Assembly (NCBI GenBank): GCA_944389925.1
Contig: CALXOD010000054.1
Location: 1,211-65,210 of the forward strand
Source of the DNA: an uncultured Victivallaceae bacterium
GTDB lineage: Bacteria > Verrucomicrobiota > Lentisphaeria > Victivallales > Victivallaceae
DNA length: 64,000 nucleotides
Direction: 5' to 3'
In this document: piece after piece, positions 16,624 to 25,788 of the stretch
Layout of the letters: each line of letters begins with the position of its first letter
Position numbering within the stretch: position 1 is the stretch's first letter
The notes under the pieces: generated by a model
Database searches by the model: none
What the model was told of the DNA's origin: nothing
What the model saw: the letters and a program-made list of their open reading frames with translations, nothing else
Made by a program: the position numbers and the translations under genes

Positions 16624-18573
16624 TCAAGCGCCCTCGGCGCAAAATTCATCACAGGCATGCGGCTCGCCGATCAACATCACCCGGTCGTCCGGGTGCAAAA
16701 CAAAATCCCGATCCGGAAAAGCCGAAAATTTTCCGCTTCGGGCCACTCCCAACACCAGCAACCCATATTCCTCCCGAAATCCGCTCGCCGCGATCGGGCA
16801 GCCGTCCCAGCGACTTCCCGCCTTCACCGTCAATTCGGCCGTACCGAAAAACTGCGAAAGAAACGGCACCCCGTGCCGATCCCGCAACTCCGCCCCCTTA
16901 CCGATGACCTCCGAACTCGCTTTCTGCAAACAGCGGAAAATTTCCGACATGCTCCATCCCAATGCCAGCAATGTCATCCGAACCGTTTCCACTCCGGCTG
17001 CCCGATCTACTTCCACCACCGTAATGCCGGATTCCTTTGCCCAGACAGCAGGAGCAGCGCCGTTCTCCAACTGCAGAATGATCGGCAAATCCGGATTCAT
17101 CTGACGGGCCATCTGCACCACCCCCCGGGTTTCCGGCGACGATGAAGACACCACCACCAACACCCGGGCGCTGCGAATCCCCGCTGAGTCCAGAATCATC
17201 TCCTGCGCCGGATCCCCGAAAATCGCCGGGAAACCCAGCCGCTTGTACTGAACAAAATTCTTATATTGCGGTTCCACCAGTATGAACGGACGTCCCAGCT
17301 GCTGCAGCAGAGCCGCCAGATTCGCCACCGCCGGATCTCCGGTCAGCACCACCTCCCGGGGAACATCGCCATCCTCGAAATTCACCCGGCGCGGCAACGT
17401 ACGCTTCTCCGGATGAAAACGCCGCATCAGCTTGAAACACGGCGTCGTCAGACGCGACAGCGGCGGCCCGATCAGCATCGACAGCACCGTGACATTGAGC
17501 AGCAGCGAATACACATAATGGTCAATCGTCTGCAATTCGATGCCCTGACGAATCAACACAAATGCAATTTCCGACACCGGAAGCATTCCGAAAAACGCCG
17601 CAAACGGAATCACCCGCCGGTACCCGAATGCATAGGTCACGCCGAACAGCAACACTCCCCGCATCAACGTCGCCGCCAGCAATACCCCCAGTACCGTACC
17701 AAAATTCTCCCATAAAAAGACAGGGTCGCACAGCATCCCCACTGAAACGAAAAAGATCAATACAAACAAGTCACGAAGCGGCCCCAGCTCACTCTGCGCC
17801 TTCAGACTGTAATCCGACTCGCTCAGCACCATTCCTGCCACAAACGCCCCGAACGCCAGTGACAAACCAAACCGGCTGGTCAGGTACCCAATCCCCAGCG
17901 CCAACGCCGTCACCACCAGGAGAAACAACTCCCGGGAATGCAGTTTCGCTACAAACTGCAGCAGTCGCGGCATCAGTTTCGAGCCGAGCACCCCCATCAG
18001 CAATACAAAAATGCCCGCATAAATCAGCGGCAACAGGAATTCCAGGGTACTGCCCGAGGCCCGGCTGTAATTCGTCAGCAGAATCATGACCGGAATCACC
18101 GTCAGATCCTGTACAATCGACATGCCCAGCATGATCCGCCCGGAAAGCGCGCCCGCATACCCCTGATTGGCCAGCGTCTTTAAAATCACCGCGGTACTGC
18201 TGCTCAGAAATGCCGCTGCAAACCACATCGAAGGCGCCGTATCCAATCCCAGCTGCCGTCCCAGAAACCAGCAGAACAAAAACGTCAGCACCACCTGAAT
18301 CGCCGAGCCGAAAAATGCCACATTGCGAATCTGCTTCAAACTCTTCAGCGGAAATTCCAACCCCAGCGAAAACAACAGCAGAGCCGCCCCGATATCCGCC
18401 AGTTTTCCCACAGCATCCAGGTCCGTCACCCGCGGCCCCATCGTATGCGGCCCCACCAGCAACCCGGCAAGCAGATATCCGATCAGCAACGGCATGCGAA
18501 GAAAACTGGCCAGCACCCCTCCCAGCAGTCCGGCAAGCACAATTAAAAGAATGTCCGTCGAAATATCACCCAT
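16624..18573 (-). CDS. monovalent cation:proton antiporter-2 (CPA2, Kef-type) with RCK/TrkA-N and TrkA-C domains
   Basis: 649-aa ORF with about 12 hydrophobic segments and an N-terminus typical of KefB/KefC-like exchangers. A C-terminal Rossmann-like TrkA-N region is followed by a TrkA-C region. Confidence 0.85.
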   Translation of the reverse strand: MGDISTDILLIVLAGLLGGVLASFLRMPLLIGYLLAGLLVGPHTMGPRVTDLDAVGKLADIGAALLLFSLGLEFPLKSLKQIRNVAFFGSAIQVVLTFLFCWFLGRQLGLDTAPSMWFAAAFLSSSTAVILKTLANQGYAGALSGRIMLGMSIVQDLTVIPVMILLTNYSRASGSTLEFLLPLIYAGIFVLLMGVLGSKLMPRLLQFVAKLHSRELFLLVVTALALGIGYLTSRFGLSLAFGAFVAGMVLSESDYSLKAQSELGPLRDLFVLIFFVSVGMLCDPVFLWENFGTVLGVLLAATLMRGVLLFGVTYAFGYRRVIPFAAFFGMLPVSEIAFVLIRQGIELQTIDHYVYSLLLNVTVLSMLIGPPLSRLTTPCFKLMRRFHPEKRTLPRRVNFEDGDVPREVVLTGDPAVANLAALLQQLGRPFILVEPQYKNFVQYKRLGFPAIFGDPAQEMILDSAGIRSARVLVVVSSSSPETRGVVQMARQMNPDLPIILQLENGAAPAVWAKESGITVVEVDRAAGVETVRMTLLALGWSMSEIFRCLQKASSEVIGKGAELRDRHGVPFLSQFFGTAELTVKAGSRWDGCPIAASGFREEYGLLVLGVARSGKFSAFPDRDFVLHPDDRVMLIGEPHACDEFCAEGA

Positions 18574-18651
18574 GCTCCACCTCCATCCATTTTCCTTCCA
18601 GCATTGCGTCGTGCGCCGGTAGTCTGCTCTTCATCTCCTTGCGGGCGAAAG

Positions 18652-19446
18652 CTATTCCACATACACCCGATCCGCCGGGAAGACCGGCCCGTCAGAACAG
18701 GTCCGCGCGTACATCCAGCCCTCCGGCGTATCCGCCTTTACTTTGACCACGCAGGCAAAGCAGGCTCCGACGCCACAGCACATCAAATGATCCAGACTGA
18801 GTTCCCCCGGAATCCCGTCTCGCTGCAAGATCTTCGCCAGCGCCATCAGCATCGGATGCGGTCCACAGCCGTATATCTTCACTCTTCTCCCCTGCAATTC
18901 CTCCAGAAGCGGTCCCAGAAGTTCCGTTACCAATCCCCGATGCCCGACCGATCCGTCGTTGGTACTGACTCGCACCTCAAATCCCACCTCCCGGTACCGG
19001 TCGGTCAACAGTACATCGGCAACGCTGCGGGCTCCCAGCAGTACATACCCCGGCGACTGCGCCTGCTGCGCCAGCATGAACGTCGCAGCGGCACCGTATC
19101 CCCCCACCATCAGGATCGGCACCACCTCCGGCTCCGGCGGCGTAAACGGCGTCCCCAGAGGACCGAGCAAATCACAGACCGCCCCCGGCTTCAATCCGGC
19201 CAGCCGTGCCGTACCGGCGCCGACCACTTTGTACACCACTTGCAGAATCCCGTCTTCTCCCGCCTCATGAATGCTGAAAGGACGACGCAAAATCTGCTGC
19301 GTACCTTCTTCAATACGCACGTGTACAAACTGTCCGGCACGGGCCGACCGGCAAATCTCCGGTGCATGAAACCCGATCATATGGTAACCAGGCTGTAATT
19401 CCCGATTAACAACAATTTCCCCTGCTTTCATCTCTGAAACTGACAC
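18652..19446 (-). CDS. pyrK: PyrK-like FAD/NAD(P)-binding oxidoreductase with 2Fe-2S cluster
   Basis: 264-aa ORF with the ferredoxin-reductase fold (RRPFSI, GGYGAA) and the C-terminal Cys cluster CCGVGACFACVV...C typical of the dihydroorotate dehydrogenase B electron-transfer subunit family. No pyrD is adjacent. Confidence 0.7.
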   Translation of the reverse strand: MSVSEMKAGEIVVNRELQPGYHMIGFHAPEICRSARAGQFVHVRIEEGTQQILRRPFSIHEAGEDGILQVVYKVVGAGTARLAGLKPGAVCDLLGPLGTPFTPPEPEVVPILMVGGYGAAATFMLAQQAQSPGYVLLGARSVADVLLTDRYREVGFEVRVSTNDGSVGHRGLVTELLGPLLEELQGRRVKIYGCGPHPMLMALAKILQRDGIPGELSLDHLMCCGVGACFACVVKVKADTPEGWMYARTCSDGPVFPADRVYVE

Positions 19447-19467
19447 TCCCCGGAGGCCGGAACGGCC

Positions 19468-20691
19468 TCATGATTGCTTCTTCAACTCCGATGCCGACAC
19501 GGTCTTGCCGGTATCGATCATGACATTCCGGCGCTGGAACGTCGGAAAATCCAGATCCTCGCCGTTCCAAATAACCGGCGTGGTCTTATCCATCATCCCC
19601 TTGGACAACGTATCCAATGCAAACTTCAACTGTTCCACCTCCACTGCAGGGGCCGCCGCCTTGCGTGCCGGACGATTTTTCCGCACCGGTCCTCCGGCAA
19701 GCGTACTTTCCACCTCTTCCGCAGCGTCAAATTTGATGGTCAAGGCGCACAGCTGCACATTTTCACCGAATCCGGATTCCGTCGATGCTCCGGCAAACAG
19801 CTTCGCCTCCGGACGGACAAAAGTCCCCGCCTGCTCCAGCACCTGACGGGTCTCCCCCAATGCCAGAGAATCGCCGCCGATCAGCGAAAAAATCACGGCA
19901 TCTGCCCCGGTCAGCTTATCCACTCCTCCCAGCAGAGGCGACTGCAGCATACGCTCCAGTGCCAATTGACAACGCCCGGTTCCGTCCGCGGCCTCCCCGG
20001 ACGCAGCAATGCCCACTCCGAGACTGCAAAAACTTTTCCGCCGCCGCAGGACCGCCACCAGATCGGTAAAATTCACCGCCAGCAGATTTCCCTGCCGCAA
20101 CACTGCCGTCAACGCCAGCGCCGTACCGGCAATCTCCCGATCCGCCAGTGCAAACGCCTCCGACAGCGGCGTCGTGCCCGGTAAAACGGAAAACAACAAA
20201 TCGTTCGGCAACGTCAACACTGCATCCGCCATTTCCAGCAATTCATTGCGCAAGGTCTCTTCCGCCACCCGCCGCTTGCTGTGCCCTTCCAGGGTAAACG
20301 GCAGCGTCAACAGAAACAACGTCGGCAAATCCAGTTTCCGACAGACACTCAATACAATCCCCGCGCCCCCGGAAGCCGTCCCCCCCCCTAACCCCCCCCC
20401 CACCCGCAGCAACGGCGTCCCTGTCAGCAGTGATTCCAGAGCCGATCGTTCCCGGGCCAATGCCCGCTGCCCGTCCAGCACATTGCCGCCACAGCCGCGA
20501 CCGCCGCGCCAGTCGGCAGCGGCAAGCAGACGGTTCGCCTCTGGAATGGGACAATTCTCCAGCGCCGCCCGATCGGTATCCACCGCCAGCAGGCGCAATC
20601 GTCCCGGCGCCAGTTTCTCCAACGCCCCCACCGCCCGACAGCCGGCCCCCCCCAGTCCCAATACTGTAATCGGAGCCTGTTCCATGGTCAT
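19468..20691 (-). CDS. ftsZ: cell division protein FtsZ (divergent)
   Basis: 407-aa ORF directly downstream of ftsA. Tubulin/FtsZ landmarks are present: GLGGAG, VDTD, GCGGN, signature GGGLGGGTASG, LPFTLEG, LPND, and the C-terminal peptide DLDFPTFQRRN, which resembles the FtsA-binding tail. Confidence 0.8.
   Translation of the reverse strand: MTMEQAPITVLGLGGAGCRAVGALEKLAPGRLRLLAVDTDRAALENCPIPEANRLLAAADWRGGRGCGGNVLDGQRALARERSALESLLTGTPLLRVGGGLGGGTASGGAGIVLSVCRKLDLPTLFLLTLPFTLEGHSKRRVAEETLRNELLEMADAVLTLPNDLLFSVLPGTTPLSEAFALADREIAGTALALTAVLRQGNLLAVNFTDLVAVLRRRKSFCSLGVGIAASGEAADGTGRCQLALERMLQSPLLGGVDKLTGADAVIFSLIGGDSLALGETRQVLEQAGTFVRPEAKLFAGASTESGFGENVQLCALTIKFDAAEEVESTLAGGPVRKNRPARKAAAPAVEVEQLKFALDTLSKGMMDKTTPVIWNGEDLDFPTFQRRNVMIDTGKTVSASELKKQS
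20380..20401. repeat. two homopolymer tracts (C9 and C10 on the plus strand) inside ftsZ
   Basis: C9 at 20380-20388 and C10 at 20392-20401, separated by TAA. On the coding strand this reads GTG GGG GGG GGG TTA GGG GGG GGG ACG = V-G-G-G-L-G-G-G-T. Confidence 0.95.
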
Positions 20692-20712
20692 AACCGCTCA
20701 GCCTTTCTCTCT

Positions 20713-21984
20713 TCAAATGCGAAACGATCCACGGAATTCCCCCACCGCCCGGCGCATCCGGCTCATAACGCCATCCACACCGTCAAGAAGCCGGCGGAAT
20801 GGATTTCCCGCACCTTCGCCACCGAGCCGCTGATAATAATCCGCTATCTTCAACGCTCCCCAAACCGTACTGTAACGGGGATTCTCAAGCCCGGTCGCCG
20901 CCCCTCCCACGTCTAACGGTTGACCGACGCGGACCGACATGTCAAAAATTTCCCGGCAAATCCGGCTGACCGGCTCAAATAACGCACCGCCGCCCGTCAA
21001 AACCACCCCGCCATTCAATCCGGAAGGAGTCATCCGGTCGCCGATGCGCGCACGGATGATTTCAAAAAGTTCCCGCAGCCGATGCTCTATAATCGTTTCA
21101 AAAGAAGTCAGGGGAATCCGTCTCACCTTGCCGGTCGCACTCGGAAAATCCACATAATCACTCCGCTCGCGCATGAAACGAACCAGCGTACCATCCTCCA
21201 GCAGTTTCCGGCAGCTCTCCAACGGTAATTCCAATCCGATGGCAAGGTCATTCAGCACATGGTTGAATCCTACCTGAATCATGCCACTGGCCAGGATACC
21301 GGTATTGAATTCGATCACATATTCCGTGACCCCCGCACCGAAGTCGATCAGCAACACCCCGCCCTCGCGTTCCTCTTCGGAAAGAATCCCCACTCCCGAA
21401 GCCAGCGGGGCAAACACCATCTCCACATTATCTTCGTATCCCGACTCCCGCACCGCTGTCCGAAAATTCTCCAATCGGTTGGTAATCCCATGCACAATAT
21501 GCACATAAGCGTCCAGTTTGTAAGCCGTCTGATTGATCGGATTCCGCAATCGCAACCGGTCGTCGATCATGAAATACGATTCCGAACTATTCAGAATCGT
21601 CCGCCCCGTTTCCAGCGGATGCACACGGGCATTCTGATGGGCTTCGGCCCGTTCCACTTCGGTAATGCGCTGATCCTCGTTCTTCACGAACACCGTCCCC
21701 ACTCCCTGATAGGAACCGATCCCGCAACCGGTTACCGGAATCACAATCATCCGGCTGTTGTTCAATTCCCCACCGGAGGAGGAATCCGCCTCCTCCAGCG
21801 CGACGGACAACTGGTCGAACACGGCCTCCATATTGGCAATTTCCCCCTTCACCACCCCTTCGGCAGCCACCTCGCCGCGACCGATGACGTCCACCCGGCC
21901 GTCTTCCCGCGACTCCCCGACCAGCACACAGATTTTGCTGCTGCCGAACTCAATGGCGCTGACGATGTCTCTGGATTGGAACAT
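20713..21984 (-). CDS. ftsA: cell division protein FtsA
   Basis: 423-aa actin-like ATPase with IEFGSSKICVLVG, LLIDFGAGVTEY, VVLTGGGA and typical FtsA subdomain order. Confidence 0.9.
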   Translation of the reverse strand: MFQSRDIVSAIEFGSSKICVLVGESREDGRVDVIGRGEVAAEGVVKGEIANMEAVFDQLSVALEEADSSSGGELNNSRMIVIPVTGCGIGSYQGVGTVFVKNEDQRITEVERAEAHQNARVHPLETGRTILNSSESYFMIDDRLRLRNPINQTAYKLDAYVHIVHGITNRLENFRTAVRESGYEDNVEMVFAPLASGVGILSEEEREGGVLLIDFGAGVTEYVIEFNTGILASGMIQVGFNHVLNDLAIGLELPLESCRKLLEDGTLVRFMRERSDYVDFPSATGKVRRIPLTSFETIIEHRLRELFEIIRARIGDRMTPSGLNGGVVLTGGGALFEPVSRICREIFDMSVRVGQPLDVGGAATGLENPRYSTVWGALKIADYYQRLGGEGAGNPFRRLLDGVDGVMSRMRRAVGEFRGSFRI

Positions 21985-22098
21985 GCCTCTCTCCCCGGCG
22001 GAATGCCGACCGCCGTTCCCGGATTAAATGTATTTTAAACAATATACTGCAAAACCCCCGCAATTGCCAGTTCTCCCCCTCCGGTTTTTCACAAAACA

Positions 22099-22599
22099 TC
22101 AACGGGTATCGTAAGCCCAATGCAGCAATGCCTGACGCTGCCGCGGCCGGCAGGCGGCATCCCCCGGAGCACAGTGCCGTCGCAACTGGGCCAGGTGCCG
22201 GGCCATTGCCTTCCATCGCTGGATCTGCCGCCGATCGTCCTCCCCCCGGCGTCCAAGATAGTAACGGCAATACCATTGGAACCAGCCGCGCGGATCGTCA
22301 GGATGAATCCAACCCCGTTCCCGCCAGAGGGACAGCGGCTGAGATGCATTGACTCCGAAATAATTCAACTCCGGCCGATGTGCCTCGTGGCACAACCGCG
22401 CATGTCGAAACCACGAAGCGGGAAACTCTTCCCGGCAATCGGTCATATAGCGACCGCCGAAGACCCCAAGCGCCAGCATTTCAGCAGGAGTCAATTCCGG
22501 ATGAAAGTCCGGAGCAAAATCACTTCCCAGTTCCGCCGTCAGACGGTAACGGTAGTTTTGCTGCATCAGATCGAAGACCACTACCTCCCGGCCGCTCAT
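22099..22599 (-). CDS. conserved-looking hypothetical protein (Trp/Arg-rich)
   Basis: ORF 22099-22722. The start was placed at ATG 22599 (MSGREVVVFDL), which forms an ATGA overlap with the blc stop. The distinctive stretch is GWIHPDDPRGWFQWYCRYYLGRRGEDDRRQIQRW. No family recognised from memory. Confidence 0.6.
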   Translation of the reverse strand: MSGREVVVFDLMQQNYRYRLTAELGSDFAPDFHPELTPAEMLALGVFGGRYMTDCREEFPASWFRHARLCHEAHRPELNYFGVNASQPLSLWRERGWIHPDDPRGWFQWYCRYYLGRRGEDDRRQIQRWKAMARHLAQLRRHCAPGDAACRPRQRQALLHWAYDTR

Positions 22600-23150
22600 G
22601 ATTCCGGCTCCGCAGGCTCCGGAAATTCCAGCCGGTCTACGTCGAATCCCCATTCCCGGCAACGTTTCAGCAAGGCGTTCAGCTCCTCTTCCGGCAAAGT
22701 CGGCGTCCGTGCCAGAATCCACAGATAATCCCGCGTCCCGGACGTCACCACCGACCAGCGGTAATCCGGAGAGAGCGCAATAATCCGGTAATCTCCGTAA
22801 AACGGCCGGAAAAATGAAACGCGCAATTCTCCACGATAGGGCGGCTGATCGTCTTTCAGAAAAGCGATTCCCCGCACTTCCCGCAATTCCGTCCCCCGCA
22901 TTCCCCGATTATGCACGTCAATGCGTCCGTCTTCCCGCAGCCGGTATTCTGCTCGAACCCGCTGCAGTCCCCGCTCAAAGGAATGTGGCAGCCGGGCAAT
23001 CTCATACCACTGCCCCATGTAACGGGCCGGCTCCAGCCCCTCCACTGCCGGAATTGATGCCGTGGACTCCCCACTCCGGCATCCGCCCCCCATCAATACC
23101 ACGCCCAGCAATACCAACATCCCCACTCCACGACCGCAAAATCCTGTCAT
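22596..23150 (-). CDS. blc: outer-membrane lipocalin lipoprotein Blc
   Basis: ORF 22596-23231. The start was placed at ATG 23150 after AGGAGGG. Lipobox MGGGC. Lipocalin motifs ARYMGQWYEIARLP and DYRWSVV...YLWILART. Confidence 0.85.
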   Translation of the reverse strand: MTGFCGRGVGMLVLLGVVLMGGGCRSGESTASIPAVEGLEPARYMGQWYEIARLPHSFERGLQRVRAEYRLREDGRIDVHNRGMRGTELREVRGIAFLKDDQPPYRGELRVSFFRPFYGDYRIIALSPDYRWSVVTSGTRDYLWILARTPTLPEEELNALLKRCREWGFDVDRLEFPEPAEPES

Positions 23151-23169
23151 AACCCCCTCCTGTCTCCGG

Positions 23170-24474
23170 TTAAAAATCGCGCAGCGGCCGGTTGGCCGCA
23201 TCGCTGACGGCGGCGGCCTCCAACCGTTCACAGGCGCCAGTCAGGCTGGACAGCATCACCGCCGTAGCCGGTTCCGGCTGATCCACCCCCTGTATTTCCA
23301 GCATTTTCCAAACCTGCATCACCGTCAGTGCCGCCGTCGGAACCGCAGGTACGAAAGACTCCGTTCCCGCAGCATCCACAACCCGCAGCAGCACCCCCGC
23401 CTCCTGCAGCTGTGTCAAATATTCCCGTACCTGAAAAGGCGTGATCTGAAGATTATCCGCCACCTCCGTCTCCGACAGGCCTCCGCGCCCCGAATCATAA
23501 TGGCGAATCACCAACCGCGCCACCGCAAATAGATATAACCGCCGCAACCGTGCACTGAGCACCGCCTCCGCGCATTCAAACCGACCGCTGGTAATGTTCT
23601 GATGCACGAAAGCCAACTCCGCTCCGAACAGAATGATTTTCCACGACCACTGCAGAAACAACAGCAGCAACGGCACGGCAGCGAAACTTCCGTAAATCGT
23701 ATTGTAACGCGACAACGCCACCTGCAAATAGATCAAGGAACTTTGAAGCCCCTGAAACAGCGTCCCCGCCACCAGCGCAGCCAACAAAGCAGAGCTAAAA
23801 CGCACTCTGGTATTCGGTACGAAAAAGTAAATGATCGTAAATAGCAGCCACGCCATGATCAGCGGCACCAGCTCAGAAGCAGTCACCAGCAGCGGCAACC
23901 CCTCCCGAAACAGAACCGGACTGCTCCGTGCCAGATCACTGAGCAACGCCCGGGTGACCACCGTAGTACTCCCGGCGATGATGATCAGAATCGGCGTCAC
24001 TACCAGAATCGCCAGATAATCACTCACTTTTCGCAGCAAATTCCGCCGCCGCGGCAGATGCCAGAGGGTATTGAAAGTATCTTCGATCCCGGAGGCCAGC
24101 ATAATCACCGTCCCGAAGAGAAAAATCACCCCTACCCCCGCCACGACGCCACCGCGCGCTTCCTGAAGCGTGGTTTCCGCAAATCGGTAAATCCAGGACA
24201 ACGTCTCCTGGTGCTGCGCAAAGCGTGTATTAAGAAACAGCATCAGCCGTCCCTCCAGGGAAAAGCCTTTGGCAATCCCGAAAAATAACGCCGCCAGCGG
24301 TACCAGCGAAAACAACGTATAATATGTCAGTGCCGTCGCCTGTCTTCCGGACCCGCCATGTCCGAACAGCTTCGCACTGAGCACCAGCACCCGGGCAAAT
24401 TTTCCGGAATAACTCAGCCGGTTATAAGGGGTGGTACCGTCATACAGATAATTTTTCCATTTTTTCCACATCAT
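23170..24474 (-). CDS. YihY/BrkB family membrane protein with C-terminal winged-helix-like domain
   Basis: ORF 23170-24534. The start was placed at ATG 24474 after GGAGGA. YihY-family N-terminus ALTYYTLFSLVPL and six hydrophobic segments. The C-terminal ~110 aa are soluble and HTH-like. Confidence 0.75.
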   Translation of the reverse strand: MMWKKWKNYLYDGTTPYNRLSYSGKFARVLVLSAKLFGHGGSGRQATALTYYTLFSLVPLAALFFGIAKGFSLEGRLMLFLNTRFAQHQETLSWIYRFAETTLQEARGGVVAGVGVIFLFGTVIMLASGIEDTFNTLWHLPRRRNLLRKVSDYLAILVVTPILIIIAGSTTVVTRALLSDLARSSPVLFREGLPLLVTASELVPLIMAWLLFTIIYFFVPNTRVRFSSALLAALVAGTLFQGLQSSLIYLQVALSRYNTIYGSFAAVPLLLLFLQWSWKIILFGAELAFVHQNITSGRFECAEAVLSARLRRLYLFAVARLVIRHYDSGRGGLSETEVADNLQITPFQVREYLTQLQEAGVLLRVVDAAGTESFVPAVPTAALTVMQVWKMLEIQGVDQPEPATAVMLSSLTGACERLEAAAVSDAANRPLRDF

Positions 24475-24582
24475 TGCCTCATTCCTCCGGAACTCCTGAC
24501 CGGGAACTATAACGCCGCCCTGGAGTCTTTGCAAAAATCCCCCGAATCTTTTTCTTTTTTTTTAAAAATTTTCAAACCGATA

Positions 24583-24611
24583 TTGACATCCACAAACCAA
24601 TGTCCTATAAT
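24583..24611 (+). promoter_or_regulatory. consensus sigma70-type promoter of the regulator/pseudopilin/large-enzyme operon
   Basis: TTGACA (24583-24588), exactly 17 nt, TATAAT (24606-24611). It lies in an AT-rich intergenic region 59 nt upstream of ATG 24670. Confidence 0.6.
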
Positions 24612-24640
24612 TAATGCACACAAATGGACACTTTGGGACA
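24597..24640 (+). promoter_or_regulatory. candidate operator repeats overlapping the -10 region and transcription start
   Basis: TGTCC (24601-24605) is complementary to GGACA at 24626-24630, which is repeated at 24636-24640. The extended imperfect palindrome is CCAATGTCC / GGACACTTTGG. Confidence 0.35.
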
Positions 24641-24669
24641 ATTTTTTTTGATATTCAATCAGGATTTCT

Positions 24670-25788
24670 ATGAAGAGCAAACCCGGTAACCGTTTTCAAG
24701 CGCTGACCGATCACATTGAGGCCATGATTGCCGGCGGCCAGTACCCCGCCGGTTCCAGGATTCCTCCTCTGCGGGAATTGTGTGAAAAATTCAAACTATC
24801 CCGGGGGACTGCCGCCCGGGGCCTGGAATTTCTTCAAACGCAGGGGATTCTGGAATTGCGTCGTGGTTCCGGCGCCTATGTCCGCCGCGTAAACGGCGTC
24901 GATGCCGGGCAGCTCGGGCGCCGGATTGCGGTATTCTCCGAGCATATTGACATCAAGGAAAGCTATTGCGCCCACATCATTCTCGGCATCCAGCGTCAGG
25001 CGGCGGCAACGGGAACAACCATCAACCTGCATCTGCGCAAATACGGCATGACCACTTACGAGGTCCTGGATCAGGCGGCCCGTGCGGCTGACGCGCTGCT
25101 GCTGGTGGGGCATTACGATATTTTTCTGGACCGGCTGCCGCGCATCCGTCCCGGAGTGGGGATCGACATGCTTCACTCCTATGGATTTGCTTCGGTAATC
25201 GGGCTGGATCCGTTGCATTGTGCGGAACTTGCGGAAGGTTTTTTTCTGGCCCGTCATATTTCAAAAGTAAAAGTCATCGGCTTCCCGATACCGCTCTATA
25301 CCCATCGGGCGGAAACGTTTGCCCGGCTCTGGAGGGCCCGGGGTTGTGTGGAAAACTACCTGCCGATTATGAAATTCCGCGCTGATTTCGCGACTCCGGA
25401 GGTATATGCCGGCATCATCCGGGAAATGCAAGACCCTGACTGCGGCTATCTTTTCGTCAGCGGCACGGAATGCAACCGTACCCAGCTGGAATACCAGCGC
25501 CAGACCGGGCGTATCCTTTCTCAGGAGCGCTGCATGCTTGCAATCGACGGAAAATCCCTGTTGATCCCGGAGTATCTGCCGGTTAATACCATCACCCCGG
25601 ATTATACGGAAATCGGAGAGCTGGCCCTCTCTGAATGTCTGCGGCGCATTGAAAATCCCGGGGCACGTCCACGACGCATTCTCGTCAGCGGCACCCTTGT
25701 GGAAATGGAACCGGAAACTGTGCCGCCCACTCGACAGACTTTACATGCAAATTCCACTCTATCCATCATACAGGAGAACGCATTATGA
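24670..25788 (+). CDS. AraR-like transcriptional regulator (GntR-type wHTH plus LacI/PBP1-type sugar-binding domain)
   Basis: 372-aa ORF. The N-terminus [39 protein letters not shown] is a GntR-type wHTH. The remaining ~290 aa have the alternating beta/alpha pattern of periplasmic-binding-fold regulator domains. Confidence 0.7.
   Translation: MKSKPGNRFQALTDHIEAMIAGGQYPAGSRIPPLRELCEKFKLSRGTAARGLEFLQTQGILELRRGSGAYVRRVNGVDAGQLGRRIAVFSEHIDIKESYCAHIILGIQRQAAATGTTINLHLRKYGMTTYEVLDQAARAADALLLVGHYDIFLDRLPRIRPGVGIDMLHSYGFASVIGLDPLHCAELAEGFFLARHISKVKVIGFPIPLYTHRAETFARLWRARGCVENYLPIMKFRADFATPEVYAGIIREMQDPDCGYLFVSGTECNRTQLEYQRQTGRILSQERCMLAIDGKSLLIPEYLPVNTITPDYTEIGELALSECLRRIENPGARPRRILVSGTLVEMEPETVPPTRQTLHANSTLSIIQENAL

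Noticed and set aside
22600-22722. 41-residue N-terminal extension of ORF 22099-22722
   Set aside because: It would overlap the 3' part of blc by 127 nt. The internal ATG at 22599 forms a classic ATGA stop/start junction with blc.
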